Under the pieces are notes generated by a model. The model saw only the letters and a list, made by a program, of their open reading frames with translations. It was not told where the DNA came from and did not search any database. A DNA stretch of 64,000 nucleotides, taken from positions 15,050 through 79,049 of the forward strand of contig ONUH01000011.1 in NCBI GenBank assembly GCA_900321035.1, read 5' to 3'. Shown here one piece after another: positions 26,912-36,900 of this stretch (its first letter is position 1; every line of letters begins with the position of its first letter). The stretch is from an uncultured Selenomonadales bacterium. Lineage in GTDB: Bacteria > Bacillota > Negativicutes > Selenomonadales > Selenomonadaceae. Position numbers and translations under genes: made by a program.

Positions 26912-26946
26912 ATCCCACTGGACAGAAACGGGCGAAGTGGTCCAAA
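26912..26946 (-). promoter_or_regulatory. Conserved 35-nt motif, copy 1 (candidate phage promoter/operator)
   Basis: Minus strand TTTGGACCACTTCGCCCGTTTCTGTCCAGTGGGAT. It ends 45 nt before the ATG at 26867 and directly follows the terminator of the sigma-like gene. Confidence 0.5.
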
Positions 26947-26990
26947 AAAATTGAAAAAGCTCCCCCGCGGCGAATGCCAGCAGGAGAGCC
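26947..26990 (-). terminator. Probable terminator after the sigma-like gene
   Basis: Minus strand GCTCTCC...GGGGAGC (one mismatch) followed by TTTTTCAATTTTTTT. Confidence 0.45.
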
Positions 26991-26997
26991 TTCCCAA

Positions 26998-27519
26998 TCA
27001 ACGATATTTCTTTAGATTTTTCTTGAGTTTCTCCACCAGTTTTGACCACTGATACCGCAGCGATGACTTTGGCGTGTCCAAAAGCGCCGATGCCTCCCGC
27101 TCGGAAACCGCAGGCATCACCGCGCACATCCTGCGGCTGCGGTCGTCCAGCTGTTCCAGTTCGTGAAAGAGCGCATATAAGAGTTCCCTGTCGGCGACAA
27201 TGTCCTCCGGCAAGGGCGTATCGGCGGCAACAGTATCTGCCAATGAGATACTTGAATCATCCGATGCCGGGGCATCGAGGGACAGCGGCTCCTTCGGGGT
27301 GTAATAGCGGCAGTAATCGCAGTTACCGTCGCACTTCCAGAGCATCCTGCGGGGGCAGCGGCACTCGCCGCTCCGTTGCAGACGCTTGCGCTTGCGGCTG
27401 ATTTCCCGATTGAAGTTAAGGTAGAAGTCTTTGCTGACAGGAATGAGCGTCACCTTGTCGGCATCGTTCGCGTCGCGAACTGGGTAGAAGTATTGGCCTT
27501 GATTGACTTTGTTTGACAT
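26998..27519 (-). CDS. Sigma-70 region-4-like / Cys-rich early phage regulator
   Basis: From ATG 27519 (GGAGG upstream): a Cys cluster (CRCPRRMLWKCDGNCDYCRYY) and a C-terminal HTH-like SEREASALLDTPKSSLRYQWSKLVEKL. First gene of the minus-strand early array. Confidence 0.6.
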   Translation of the reverse strand: MSNKVNQGQYFYPVRDANDADKVTLIPVSKDFYLNFNREISRKRKRLQRSGECRCPRRMLWKCDGNCDYCRYYTPKEPLSLDAPASDDSSISLADTVAADTPLPEDIVADRELLYALFHELEQLDDRSRRMCAVMPAVSEREASALLDTPKSSLRYQWSKLVEKLKKNLKKYR

Positions 27520-27802
27520 AAAAACGGACCTCCGTCCAACAACCGCCGAATGGTTGAGGGACGGAGACCCGCTTGAAGTGCCAGCGGTTGTGCGGACGCA
27601 ATAATCCACCTAAGCGGGAGAGCAGACTCCCCGCCCCGGACTGCGCCTGCCGTTCGCTGGCTGGCTTCTCGATATTCAGTTGTGCCATCGCTTCTGCGGC
27701 GAACGGCCCCGATATGCGCGCTGGGGGTGCACTTTCACGATGGCGGGCGGTTTAGCGTCATGCCCGGGACGAGCATTAAAATCCTTTTTGCAAATTTCAA
27801 TT

Positions 27803-27831
27803 TTGACATATGGATATTTCTTTGATACACT
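27803..27831 (+). promoter_or_regulatory. Candidate sigma-A promoter of the island operon
   Basis: TTGACA (27803-27808), 17-nt spacer, TACACT (27826-27831), about 75 nt upstream of the first ORF. Confidence 0.4.
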
Positions 27832-27907
27832 AAAGGCAACTAAAAAGTTGTATTTCGTGATTTTCATCCACAGTATACAAAACGACCTTGGTTGATTTGG
27901 GGACTGT

Positions 27908-29101
27908 TTGGGACATCATGGAACATCGTGGGACAAATTTCGTGAGGAGATGATTTCAACGGTGGACTTCAAGACATTGTTTCGGATTCTGAAAGACCAC
28001 CTCGCCGATGGAGCAGATAGCATCGTCTTCTTTCGTGATTTGATGGCCATTATGACTACCGTTCCTGCTGCTGAATGGGGGACAAAAAAAGACCCTTCAG
28101 TGAAGGGACGATTGACTGATGAAACGATTCGTAGCTATACCAAACGTGGACTGTCGAAAAAATTCGCCCACAATATTGTTTACAGGCTTACCCCGGAGCG
28201 ACTTGCAAAACGGATAAAGAAGATGCAAAAGACACCAAAGCTTTTGCTTGTCAAAGACATCTTGCCGTATGAGCCGTCTGTTAACGAAAACAATGTGGGT
28301 GAAGTGGTTGCCGATATGCTTGTGGGTATAATTCAGGCAGCGGCGGGAATAGTCCAACCCAACAAACTGGAGAGAGAACGACATTTGCTACAAGCCGCAG
28401 AACTCAAAAACAAATACGGCGAGTATTTATTGGAAGAAACAGAAAATTATTGCCATTTCCCCGGATGTGGAAGGCAACTCACCGTTTCGCAAAATGGAAA
28501 AATAGCATCTGCATACGAAGTTTGTCTGATAGACAAAAATAAACCGGCAACCGTAGACAATCTCATCGCTTTATGCCCGAAATGCCATGCCACTTATCTC
28601 CTCGACAATTCCAAACAGGCGGTCAAACCCTTGTCTGAGGTAAAAAAGATATTGGCTACACACAGGAAAAATCTTCAACTGCTGGATGAGGCTTCACTTG
28701 AAAAAGGACTCATTGGCGTTATTAGCTGCATAAAAAAGCTGAAGGAAACTGACTTGGGGGATCCCGCCTATGATCCCAAACAACTGCGTGAAAAAATAAA
28801 TCCGTCGGTTTATGTATCACTCTTCATCGCCGTCAACAATTATGTGACTATGTACTTCCGTCGCTTGAAAGAAATAATGGTAAGTTTGGACAAGCGGGGA
28901 GAAATTGATTTCGAGGAGATACAAAATCAGATGAAGTCCATTTACCGAAGACTGAACAAGGCCAACAAATCTAAAATGGATATATACCGTGAAATCACTG
29001 AGAAAATCCATCGGGTTACATTGCAGGACGACATTTATTGTCAGATCGTGGTTTCTTATTTCATACAAAGCTGTGAGGTATTCGATGCAACTGCCGAATA
29101 A
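27908..29101 (+). CDS. ABC-3C-type effector-like component: HNH-like zinc-finger domain + helical C-terminal domain
   Basis: 397 aa with a central CHFPGCGRQL...YEVCLIDKNKPATVDNLIALCPKCH. This has HNH topology, but the first catalytic His position reads YEVC. Helical C-terminal part ends ...VVSYFIQSCEVFD. Start uncertain (TTG 27908 or ATG 27950). Confidence 0.6.
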   Translation: MGHHGTSWDKFREEMISTVDFKTLFRILKDHLADGADSIVFFRDLMAIMTTVPAAEWGTKKDPSVKGRLTDETIRSYTKRGLSKKFAHNIVYRLTPERLAKRIKKMQKTPKLLLVKDILPYEPSVNENNVGEVVADMLVGIIQAAAGIVQPNKLERERHLLQAAELKNKYGEYLLEETENYCHFPGCGRQLTVSQNGKIASAYEVCLIDKNKPATVDNLIALCPKCHATYLLDNSKQAVKPLSEVKKILATHRKNLQLLDEASLEKGLIGVISCIKKLKETDLGDPAYDPKQLREKINPSVYVSLFIAVNNYVTMYFRRLKEIMVSLDKRGEIDFEEIQNQMKSIYRRLNKANKSKMDIYREITEKIHRVTLQDDIYCQIVVSYFIQSCEVFDATAE

Positions 29102-29315
29102 ACTATATTCTTTTCAGGAAAGTACGCTCTGTCTCATGCCAAAGGTAATGCGAGAGCTCGCCGATGGTTCTGTCTCGGTTAGGGAGCTTTACCAGAGAAT
29201 GGCTCCGTATCTATCAGAGCCAACGGATTTCCTGTCCGTCATGGATGCCTTGTACGCACTTGGGGCGGTGGATATAAATGAGGAAGAGGAGGTCTTTTCG
29301 TGCTTATCGAAATGA
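29085..29315 (+). CDS. ABC-3C-type middle component-like small protein
   Basis: 76 aa: MQLPNKLYSFQESTLCLMPKVMRELADGSVSVRELYQRMAPYLSEPTDFLSVMDALYALGAVDINEEEEVF. Overlaps both neighbours (17 and 16 nt). Confidence 0.55.
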   Translation: MQLPNKLYSFQESTLCLMPKVMRELADGSVSVRELYQRMAPYLSEPTDFLSVMDALYALGAVDINEEEEVFSCLSK

Positions 29316-30937
29316 TGTCTCCCGCATTTGTGGAGAAAGGAAATACCCGCCCGGCAATCAAATTCAAGCCAGGCCTGAATGTGGTACTCGGAAAGGAAGA
29401 CGGCGAAAACTCTATAGGAAAATCCTCGGCGCTTTTGGCTATAGATTTCGTTTTTGGTGGGGACACATACTTGGGGAGTGATGCGGTAAAGTATGTCGAC
29501 CATCATGATATTTTCTTTACTTTTGAATTTGCCGGAGAAAGATTTTATTTTTCCCGCAGCACGGAAGATGCAAACAAAATTCAAGTCTGCGATGAGATTT
29601 ACATCCCAACTGGTACTGTATGGAAAAAACAAGAATACGTGGAGTGGTTGAAAAGGATGTATGGTCTTGATTTTCCTGAACTTGCTTTCCGGAATACGAT
29701 AAGCCGTTTTTTTCGAATATACGGCAAGGATAATCTCGACGAGCGCAGGCCGCTTCGAGGCAATACCGGTGAGAATATGCAAAAATCCATTGGAGTGCTG
29801 GTGCGGCTATTTAACACATATCGAGACATTCAAGATTTTTCGATGCGCCTCGAAGAACAAGAAAAGAAGCTGAAAATATTTCGGGATGCACGACAGGAGC
29901 AATTCATTCCCCATCTTGTAGGCGGCAAAACGCAGTATGAGGACAATGTGGCGGTCATCGACAAGCTGACGGTTGAGCTTTTCAATCTTACGGACAGGCA
30001 AGCTGGCGGGGAAGAAAATATTAAAACGAGCCAAGAAAAAGCGCGCCTGAAATCCGAAAAACTCCAACTTGAAACCGCAATCCAAGCAAATGAGCGGAAA
30101 CTTGAACTTATCAACATGAACCTCAAATACGGATGCCCTCCGAAAGATTCAGAATTAAAGGCACTGCATGAATTTTTCCCAAATGTGAATTTGAAAAAAA
30201 TATACGAGGTTGAGCAGTATCACAAAAAATTGGCCATGATTCTTGACGGACAATTAAAGGGCGAAAAGACCGCCGCGCAGAATGCGATTGCCGATTTGAA
30301 AGCGAGACTCGCCGAAACAAAACAGGCACTTGATGATTTGGGGAGCAGCGGAACTCTATCCAAGGAATTTCTCGACCGACATTCATCCATCAAGAGCAAT
30401 ATCGATGCCCTCAAGCAACAAAACGAGGCCTACCTCACACTCGTCCGATTACAGGACGAGCGGAAGCAGGCCGATGATTTGCTAAAACAGAGGATACGGG
30501 GAATTTTGGATTATATCCAAGGGAGCATCAACAAAAAAATGAAGGGGTATAACGAGACGCTTTACGACGTTCCTCACAAGCCCCCTCATTTATTGCTAAA
30601 CGAATACAACAGTTACCAGTTTGAAACGCCTGCCGACACGGGAACTGGGTCGAACTATAAAGGCTTGGTGCTGTATGATTTAGCAGTCCTCTCTCTAACG
30701 GCGCTCCCTGCTATTGCGCATGATTCTTTGATTCTAAAAAATGTCAGCGACGGCTCTATTGATGGGATTATGAAAATCTACGAGCGCAGCAAAAAACAGA
30801 TTTTTATCGCTTTCGACAAGCAAAACGCCTATATGCCGGAAACCAGACGAATACTCAGGGAAAATATGGTGCTGAAATTGTCGGTTGACGGGAGCGAGCT
30901 TTACGGAAAAGCGTGGAACAAAGAGGAGAATCGCTAA
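29300..30937 (+). CDS. DUF2326-like SMC/Rad50-type ABC ATPase with long coiled coil
   Basis: GTG start 7 nt after GGAGG. Walker A GENSIGKS near the N-terminus, about 200 aa of K/E/L/Q-rich coiled coil, and a C-terminal TGTGSNYKGLVLYDL plus Walker-B-like AIAHDSLILKNV. Confidence 0.7.
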   Translation: MLIEMMSPAFVEKGNTRPAIKFKPGLNVVLGKEDGENSIGKSSALLAIDFVFGGDTYLGSDAVKYVDHHDIFFTFEFAGERFYFSRSTEDANKIQVCDEIYIPTGTVWKKQEYVEWLKRMYGLDFPELAFRNTISRFFRIYGKDNLDERRPLRGNTGENMQKSIGVLVRLFNTYRDIQDFSMRLEEQEKKLKIFRDARQEQFIPHLVGGKTQYEDNVAVIDKLTVELFNLTDRQAGGEENIKTSQEKARLKSEKLQLETAIQANERKLELINMNLKYGCPPKDSELKALHEFFPNVNLKKIYEVEQYHKKLAMILDGQLKGEKTAAQNAIADLKARLAETKQALDDLGSSGTLSKEFLDRHSSIKSNIDALKQQNEAYLTLVRLQDERKQADDLLKQRIRGILDYIQGSINKKMKGYNETLYDVPHKPPHLLLNEYNSYQFETPADTGTGSNYKGLVLYDLAVLSLTALPAIAHDSLILKNVSDGSIDGIMKIYERSKKQIFIAFDKQNAYMPETRRILRENMVLKLSVDGSELYGKAWNKEENR

Positions 30938-31167
30938 TGATGAGAATGAGCTATAACAGATTATGGAAACTGCTGATTGACAGAAACATGAAGAAAACCG
31001 ACTTAAGGAAGGCCGCCGGCATAAGTTCATCGTCTCTCGCCAAACTTGGCAAGAATGAAAATGTCACCACGGATGTGCTTCTAAGAATCTGCGAGTCGCT
31101 TCATGTAGAGCTTTCCGATATTGTGGAGTCGGTTCATGATGAGGAAGATGGCAGCAAGGATTCATAA
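30937..31167 (+). CDS. XRE-family helix-turn-helix protein
   Basis: 76 aa: LWKLLIDRNMKKTDLRKAAGISSSSLAKLGKNENVTTDVLLRICESL. Its ATG overlaps the ATPase stop (TAATG) and the gene ends 5 nt before hsdM. Confidence 0.75.
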   Translation: MMRMSYNRLWKLLIDRNMKKTDLRKAAGISSSSLAKLGKNENVTTDVLLRICESLHVELSDIVESVHDEEDGSKDS

Positions 31168-31172
31168 ACTGA

Positions 31173-32693
31173 ATGGAGGAAAATCAAGTGGCAAACAATA
31201 CGAGTGCCAACATCGGCTTTGAAAAACAAATATGGGATGCGGCCTGCGTCCTTTGGGGGCATATCCCGGCCGCGGACTATCGGAAGGTAATCGTGGGGCT
31301 TATCTTTCTCCGCTATATCGGGAGCGCATTCGAGAAACGCTACAACGAACTCGTTGCCGAGGGCGACGGTTTCGAGGATGACCCCGACGCCTACGAAGAA
31401 GACAACATTTTCTTTGTGCCGGAAGAAGCACGGTGGAAAACCATAGCTGCGGCAGCGCACACGCCGGAAATCGGCACGGTGATCGACGATGCCATGCGGG
31501 CGATTGAGGCTGACAACAAAAAGCTGAAGAATGTGCTGCCGAAGAATTACGCGAGCCCAGACCTCGACAAACGGGTTCTTGGTGATGTAGTGGATCTCTT
31601 CACAAATATGGACATGAGCGACACAGAAGAAAACAAAGACCTCCTCGGCAGGACATATGAATACTGCATCGCCCAGTTTGCGGCCTACGAGGGAGTGAAA
31701 GGCGGCGAGTTTTACACGCCAGCCAGCGTGGTCAAAACTATCGTCGCCGTACTGCGTCCCTTTGAGAATTGCCGGGTATATGACCCCTGCTGTGGAAGCG
31801 GAGGTATGTTCGTACAAAGTGCGAAATTTATTCAGGCGCACAGCGGCAGACGCGGCTCAATTTCCGTTTACGGGCAGGAATCCAATGCGGACACGTGGAA
31901 GATGGCAAAGATGAATCTTGCCATTCGCGGGATTGACGCCGACTTGGGAGCATATCAAGCCGATACCTTTTTCAATGACCTGCATCCTACGCTCAAAGCG
32001 GATTTCATCATGGCGAATCCCCCCTTCAATCTTTCGGGCTGGGGGCAGGACAAGCTCAAGGAGGATAGGCGCTGGAAATACGGTGTGCCTCCGGCGGGAA
32101 ACGCCAACTATGCATGGATTCAGCACATGATCCATCATCTCGCGCCCAACGGGAAGATCGGCCTCGTGCTGGCGAACGGCGCGCTCTCCACCCAATCCAG
32201 CGGCGAGGGAGAAATCCGGAAGCGTATCATTGAGGATGACCTTGTGGAAGGCATCATCGCCATGCCTACACAGCTTTTCTACAGCGTGACCATTCCCGTA
32301 ACGCTCTGGTTCATATCAAAGAACAAGAAGCAGAAGGGAAAGACGCTGTTCATTGACGCCCGCAAAATGGGGTATATGGTGGACAGGAAGCACCGGGACT
32401 TCACGGACGAGGATATTGACAAACTTTCCAATACATTCGCCGAGTTCCAAAACGGCAGTCTCGAAGATGTCAAGGGATTCTACGCCGTAGCCGATCTTGC
32501 GACGATTGCCAAGCAGGATTACATTCTGACGCCGGGGCGTTATGTGGGCATTGAGGAGCAGGAGGACGACGGCGAGCCGTTCGACGAAAAAATGAAACGG
32601 CTCACAGGGGAGCTTTCCGGGCTGTTCGCCAAGTCCCACGAGTTGGAAGACAAGATACGCAAGAATTTAGGGGCGATTGGGTATGAGATTTGA
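31173..32693 (+). CDS. hsdM: Type I restriction-modification system, methyltransferase subunit
   Basis: N-terminal HsdM helical domain (IGFEKQIWDAACVLWG), motif I (VYDPCCGSGGMF) and NPPF (ANPPFNLSGWG). The start may be GTG 31188, which is 8 nt after GGAGG. Confidence 0.92.
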   Translation: MEENQVANNTSANIGFEKQIWDAACVLWGHIPAADYRKVIVGLIFLRYIGSAFEKRYNELVAEGDGFEDDPDAYEEDNIFFVPEEARWKTIAAAAHTPEIGTVIDDAMRAIEADNKKLKNVLPKNYASPDLDKRVLGDVVDLFTNMDMSDTEENKDLLGRTYEYCIAQFAAYEGVKGGEFYTPASVVKTIVAVLRPFENCRVYDPCCGSGGMFVQSAKFIQAHSGRRGSISVYGQESNADTWKMAKMNLAIRGIDADLGAYQADTFFNDLHPTLKADFIMANPPFNLSGWGQDKLKEDRRWKYGVPPAGNANYAWIQHMIHHLAPNGKIGLVLANGALSTQSSGEGEIRKRIIEDDLVEGIIAMPTQLFYSVTIPVTLWFISKNKKQKGKTLFIDARKMGYMVDRKHRDFTDEDIDKLSNTFAEFQNGSLEDVKGFYAVADLATIAKQDYILTPGRYVGIEEQEDDGEPFDEKMKRLTGELSGLFAKSHELEDKIRKNLGAIGYEI

Positions 32694-33876
32694 AGTTAAG
32701 TCGCTAAAAGAACTATCAATTCATCACAAGGGAACATACGGAATTGCTGCATCTGCTGTGCCGTATTCTACAGATTTATACACATATTTACGGATTACCG
32801 ACATAAACGATGATGGAACAATAAATAAAGATGGGCTTATGTCAGTGGCAAATGAGCGAGCCTCTGAATACTTACTTCATCCTAATGACATTGTATTTGC
32901 TCGTACAGGAGCAAGTACAGGTCGAAACTATTTTTATGATGGCACTGACGGAGAATTTGTATATGCAGGATTCTTGATAAAATTCAGTATTGACCCATCG
33001 TTAGTTAATCCCTATTTCGTGAAATATCATTGCCTATCTGATAATTATCATAGTTGGATACAATCATTTAACACGGGCAGTACGAGGGGAAACATTAATG
33101 CACAAACCCTTGGAAATATGCCTATAAAGCTTCCGCCGCGCGAGCAACAAGATAAAATGGTTGAGATACTTTCTTCTCTTGATGAAAAAATTAAAGCCAA
33201 TGTTGCGATAAACAAGAATTTAGAGGAGCAAGCACAGGCAATTTACAACGAGATGTTTGTCAACCAAGATGCTGCCTTACGCAGAATTTGCCGTGCTGAT
33301 GAGTATTTCGATATTGGTATCGGAAAAACTCCACCTCGTAAAGAACATCAATGGTTTTCAAATAATCCATCTGATGTAACTTGGGTATCTATTGCTGATA
33401 TGGGGAACTGTGGCACATATATTAGCAGAAGTTCTGAATATCTGACTCGAAATGCTGTCGATAAATTCAGCATAAAAATTATACCCGACAATACAGTTAT
33501 TTTGAGTTTTAAGCTAACAGTAGGTCGGATTGCCATAACACATGGCGATATGGTCACCAATGAGGCTATTGCGCATTTTAAGACTAACAAACTACAGATA
33601 AATGAATATCTTTACTGTTATTTGAAAGATTTTAACTACCAATCACTGGGGAGTACATCTTCAATAGCAACTGCTGTTAATTCAAAAATAATTAAATCTA
33701 TGCCCTTCGTAGTTCCTGATGACGCTGAACTCTCGCAATTTCATGTCACAGTAAATCCTATGTTCAAACGAATTCTCAATAATCAAATTGAAAATGATAC
33801 GCTATGTGATATTCGCGACACACTTCTCCCTCGCCTCATGTCCGGCGAAATCGATGTGTCGAACATCGAACTCTAA
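32677..33876 (+). CDS. hsdS: Type I restriction-modification system, specificity subunit
   Basis: 399 aa with two target-recognition halves separated by a conserved helix (EQQDKMVEILSSLDEKI; C-terminal LRDTLLPRLMSGEIDV). Overlaps the hsdM end. Very AT-rich. ATG 32683 is an alternative start. Confidence 0.9.
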   Translation: MGMRFEVKSLKELSIHHKGTYGIAASAVPYSTDLYTYLRITDINDDGTINKDGLMSVANERASEYLLHPNDIVFARTGASTGRNYFYDGTDGEFVYAGFLIKFSIDPSLVNPYFVKYHCLSDNYHSWIQSFNTGSTRGNINAQTLGNMPIKLPPREQQDKMVEILSSLDEKIKANVAINKNLEEQAQAIYNEMFVNQDAALRRICRADEYFDIGIGKTPPRKEHQWFSNNPSDVTWVSIADMGNCGTYISRSSEYLTRNAVDKFSIKIIPDNTVILSFKLTVGRIAITHGDMVTNEAIAHFKTNKLQINEYLYCYLKDFNYQSLGSTSSIATAVNSKIIKSMPFVVPDDAELSQFHVTVNPMFKRILNNQIENDTLCDIRDTLLPRLMSGEIDVSNIEL

Positions 33877-33925
33877 GCCGCTAAATTCTTGTTTATCGCC
33901 ATCACATTGAAGGGAGTGAAACCTC

Positions 33926-36900
33926 TTGGCAAACACATATACAGAAGCCGACTATGAGCAATCCGTCATGGAACTCTTTGGCGGCATGGACTATGAAATC
34001 GTCTATGGTCCCGATGTTGAGCGCAACATCAAAAGCCCGCTCTATGATGAGGTGTTGGAAGATTATATTCGCCGCTTGAATCCCGATTTGCCCTCGGAGG
34101 CGATTACCGACGCCCTTTTCAAACTGCGCAACTTTGAGAACGGCGAACTCGTCCAGCGCAACGTGGTATTCATGGACTATCTGCAAAACGGCGTTCCCGT
34201 GCGCTATCACGAAAGGGGGGAGGAACGCTCCTCTATCGCGTATTTGGTGGATTATGCAACCCCTGACAACAACTCCTTCATTGCTGCCAATCAATGGACT
34301 TTTGTGGAGAACAGCCAAAAACGCCCGGACGTGGTTCTGTTTCTGAACGGTCTGCCCATCGTCATTATCGAGCTGAAATCTCCCTCCCGCGAGGAAACCG
34401 ATGCCAGCGAGGCGTTTTTGCAGCTTCGCAACTATATGCAGGAAATCCCCTCCATGTTCATCTATAACGCCATCTGCGTCATGAGCGACATGATGACGTC
34501 CAAGGCGGGAACAATCACCTCCGGCGAGGATCGCTTCATGGAGTGGAAAACGAAGGACGGCAGCTACGAAAATACCCAGTACGCCCAGTTCGATACCTTC
34601 TTTGAGGGAATTTTTACCAAGGAGCGTCTTCTTGACATTATCAAAAACTTTATCTGCTTTTCTAACGAGGGCTTGGCGCAGTACAAAATCCTCGCTGGGT
34701 ATCACCAGTATTTCGCCGTCAAAAAGGCCGTGGTATCCACGGCGCACGCCACGGAAACGGACGGCAAAGGCGGCGTGTTTTGGCATACGCAGGGCAGCGG
34801 CAAATCTCTCTCGATGGTCTTTTATGTCCATGCGCTCCAATCTGCCTTGAACAGCCCCACTATTGTTGTCCTGACGGACAGGAACGACCTCGACGACCAG
34901 CTTTACGGGCAATTCGCCAAATGCAAGGACTTTTTGCGCCAAGAGCCGATCCATGCCGAAAACCGCGATCATCTCAAAAAACTTCTCGATGGGCGCAAAG
35001 CCAATGGCATCATCTTTACCACCATGCAAAAGTTCGAGGAATCGGACGAGCCGCTTTCCGAGCGGCGAAATATCGTTGTCATGGCCGACGAGGCGCATCG
35101 CTCACAGTATGGCTTGACCGAGAAAATCAAGCTGACCCGTAACGAGGCCGGGGAAGAAGTCGCGAAGCGTGTTGTGGGGACGGCGCGCATCATTCGGAAC
35201 AGTCTCCCCAACGCTACATATATCGGTTTCACCGGGACGCCCATATCTTCCAAGGACAGGAGCACCCGCGAAGTTTTCGGCGACTATATCGACATTTACG
35301 ATATGACGCAGGCCGTGGAGGACGGCGCGACGCGCCCCGTGTACTATGAGAGCCGCGTCATCAAGCTGAAATTGGACGAGGCTACGCTGAAACTCATTGA
35401 CGACGAATACGACCTCATGGCGCAAAACGCCGACCCTGCCACCATCGAAAAGAGCAAGAAGGAACTGGGAAAAATGGAGGCGGTGCTCGGGAACGACAAA
35501 ACCATAAATTCCCTTGTGTCCGATATTCTCGACCACTACGAAAACTACCGCGCCAATCTTCTGACGGGCAAGGCAATGATTGTGGCATATTCCCGTGCCA
35601 TCGCCATGAAGATTTATCATCGGATTTTGGAACTGCGCCCCGGCTGGACGGAGAAAGTTGCCGTGGTCATGACCGAGAGCAACAAAGACCCGGAGGAATG
35701 GCGAAAGTATATCGGCAACAAGCATCACCGGGACGAGCTGGCCACGATATTCAAGGACAATGACAGCCCGCTGAAAATTGCCATCGTGGTGGATATGTGG
35801 CTGACGGGCTTTGATGTGCCGTCGATGGCGACCATGTATGTGTACAAGCCCATGAGCGGGCATAACCTCATGCAGGCCATCGCCCGCGTCAATCGTGTCT
35901 GGCGTGATAAGGAAGGCGGCCTCGTGGTCGATTATGTAGGCATCGCCGCCGCCTTGAAGCAAGCCATGAACGATTACACCGTCCGGGACAAGAAAAACTA
36001 CGGCGATACCGACATTGCCAAGGTTGCCTATCCCAAATTCCTCGAAAAGCTGTCGATTTGCCGGGATATGTTCCACGGTTACGATTACGCAAAGTTTGCG
36101 ACGGGCACGGACTTGGAGCGGGCAAAAACCATCACGGGAGCCGTCAACTTCATCGTTGGCCGGGAAAAGGACAAGGAGAAAGACACCTTCATCAAAGAGG
36201 CGCTGCTTCTTCATCAGGCGCTGTCCCTTTGCTCGTCCATTGCGCCGGAAGATGAACGGTTCGAAGCGGCTTTCTTCGAGGCTGTGCGTGTCCTCGTCCT
36301 GCGCCTCACCCACGGCGGCGAAGGACACAAAATTTCCCTGCCGGAGATGAACCAGCGCATTAACGAGCTTTTGAAGCAAAGCGTCAAAAGCGACGGGGTA
36401 ATCAACCTATTCTCCGATGTGGAGCGGGAATTTTCCCTGTTCGATCCGAAGTTCCTCGAGGAAATCTCGAAAATGAAAGAAAAGAACCTTGCCGTGGAGC
36501 TTTTGAAAAAGCTCATCGCCGAGCAGGTGCAGATTTATCGCCGTACCAATGTGGTCAAGTCCGAAAAATTCAGCGAGATAATCCAACGGGCAATGAACGC
36601 TTACCTGAACGGAATGCTCACCAATGAACAGGTTATTGAGGAACTTTTGACTCTCGCAAAACAAATCTCCGAGGCGCAACAGGAAGGAGAGCAGCTCGGG
36701 CTTACGGCGGATGAACTGGCTTTCTATGACGCCTTGACGAAACCGCAAGCTATCAAGGACTTCTACGAGAATGAAGAACTGATTGCCATCACCAAGGAAC
36801 TGGCGGACACGCTCCGTCGCAATCGCACGATAGACTGGCAGAAACGCTCCAGCGCACGGGCAAAAATGCGGATGCTTATAAAAAAGCTCCTCAAAAAGCA

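Noticed and set aside
27416-27867. ORFs 27416-27688 (-), 27573-27755 (+) and 27676-27867 (-) in the prophage/island junction.
   Set aside because: They have no RBS and implausible composition, and they overlap the leader of the sigma-like gene. I treated the region as non-coding.
27908-29101. Calling the 397-aa island protein an active HNH nuclease.
   Set aside because: The zinc-finger cysteines and the Asn/His of the second half are present, but the first catalytic His position reads YEVC. I therefore call it only HNH-like and leave activity open.
32677-33876. Phase-variable (shufflon-type) hsdS system.
   Set aside because: Only one hsdS gene is present. There is no nearby recombinase and I saw no inverted hsdS fragments, so there is no evidence for specificity switching.
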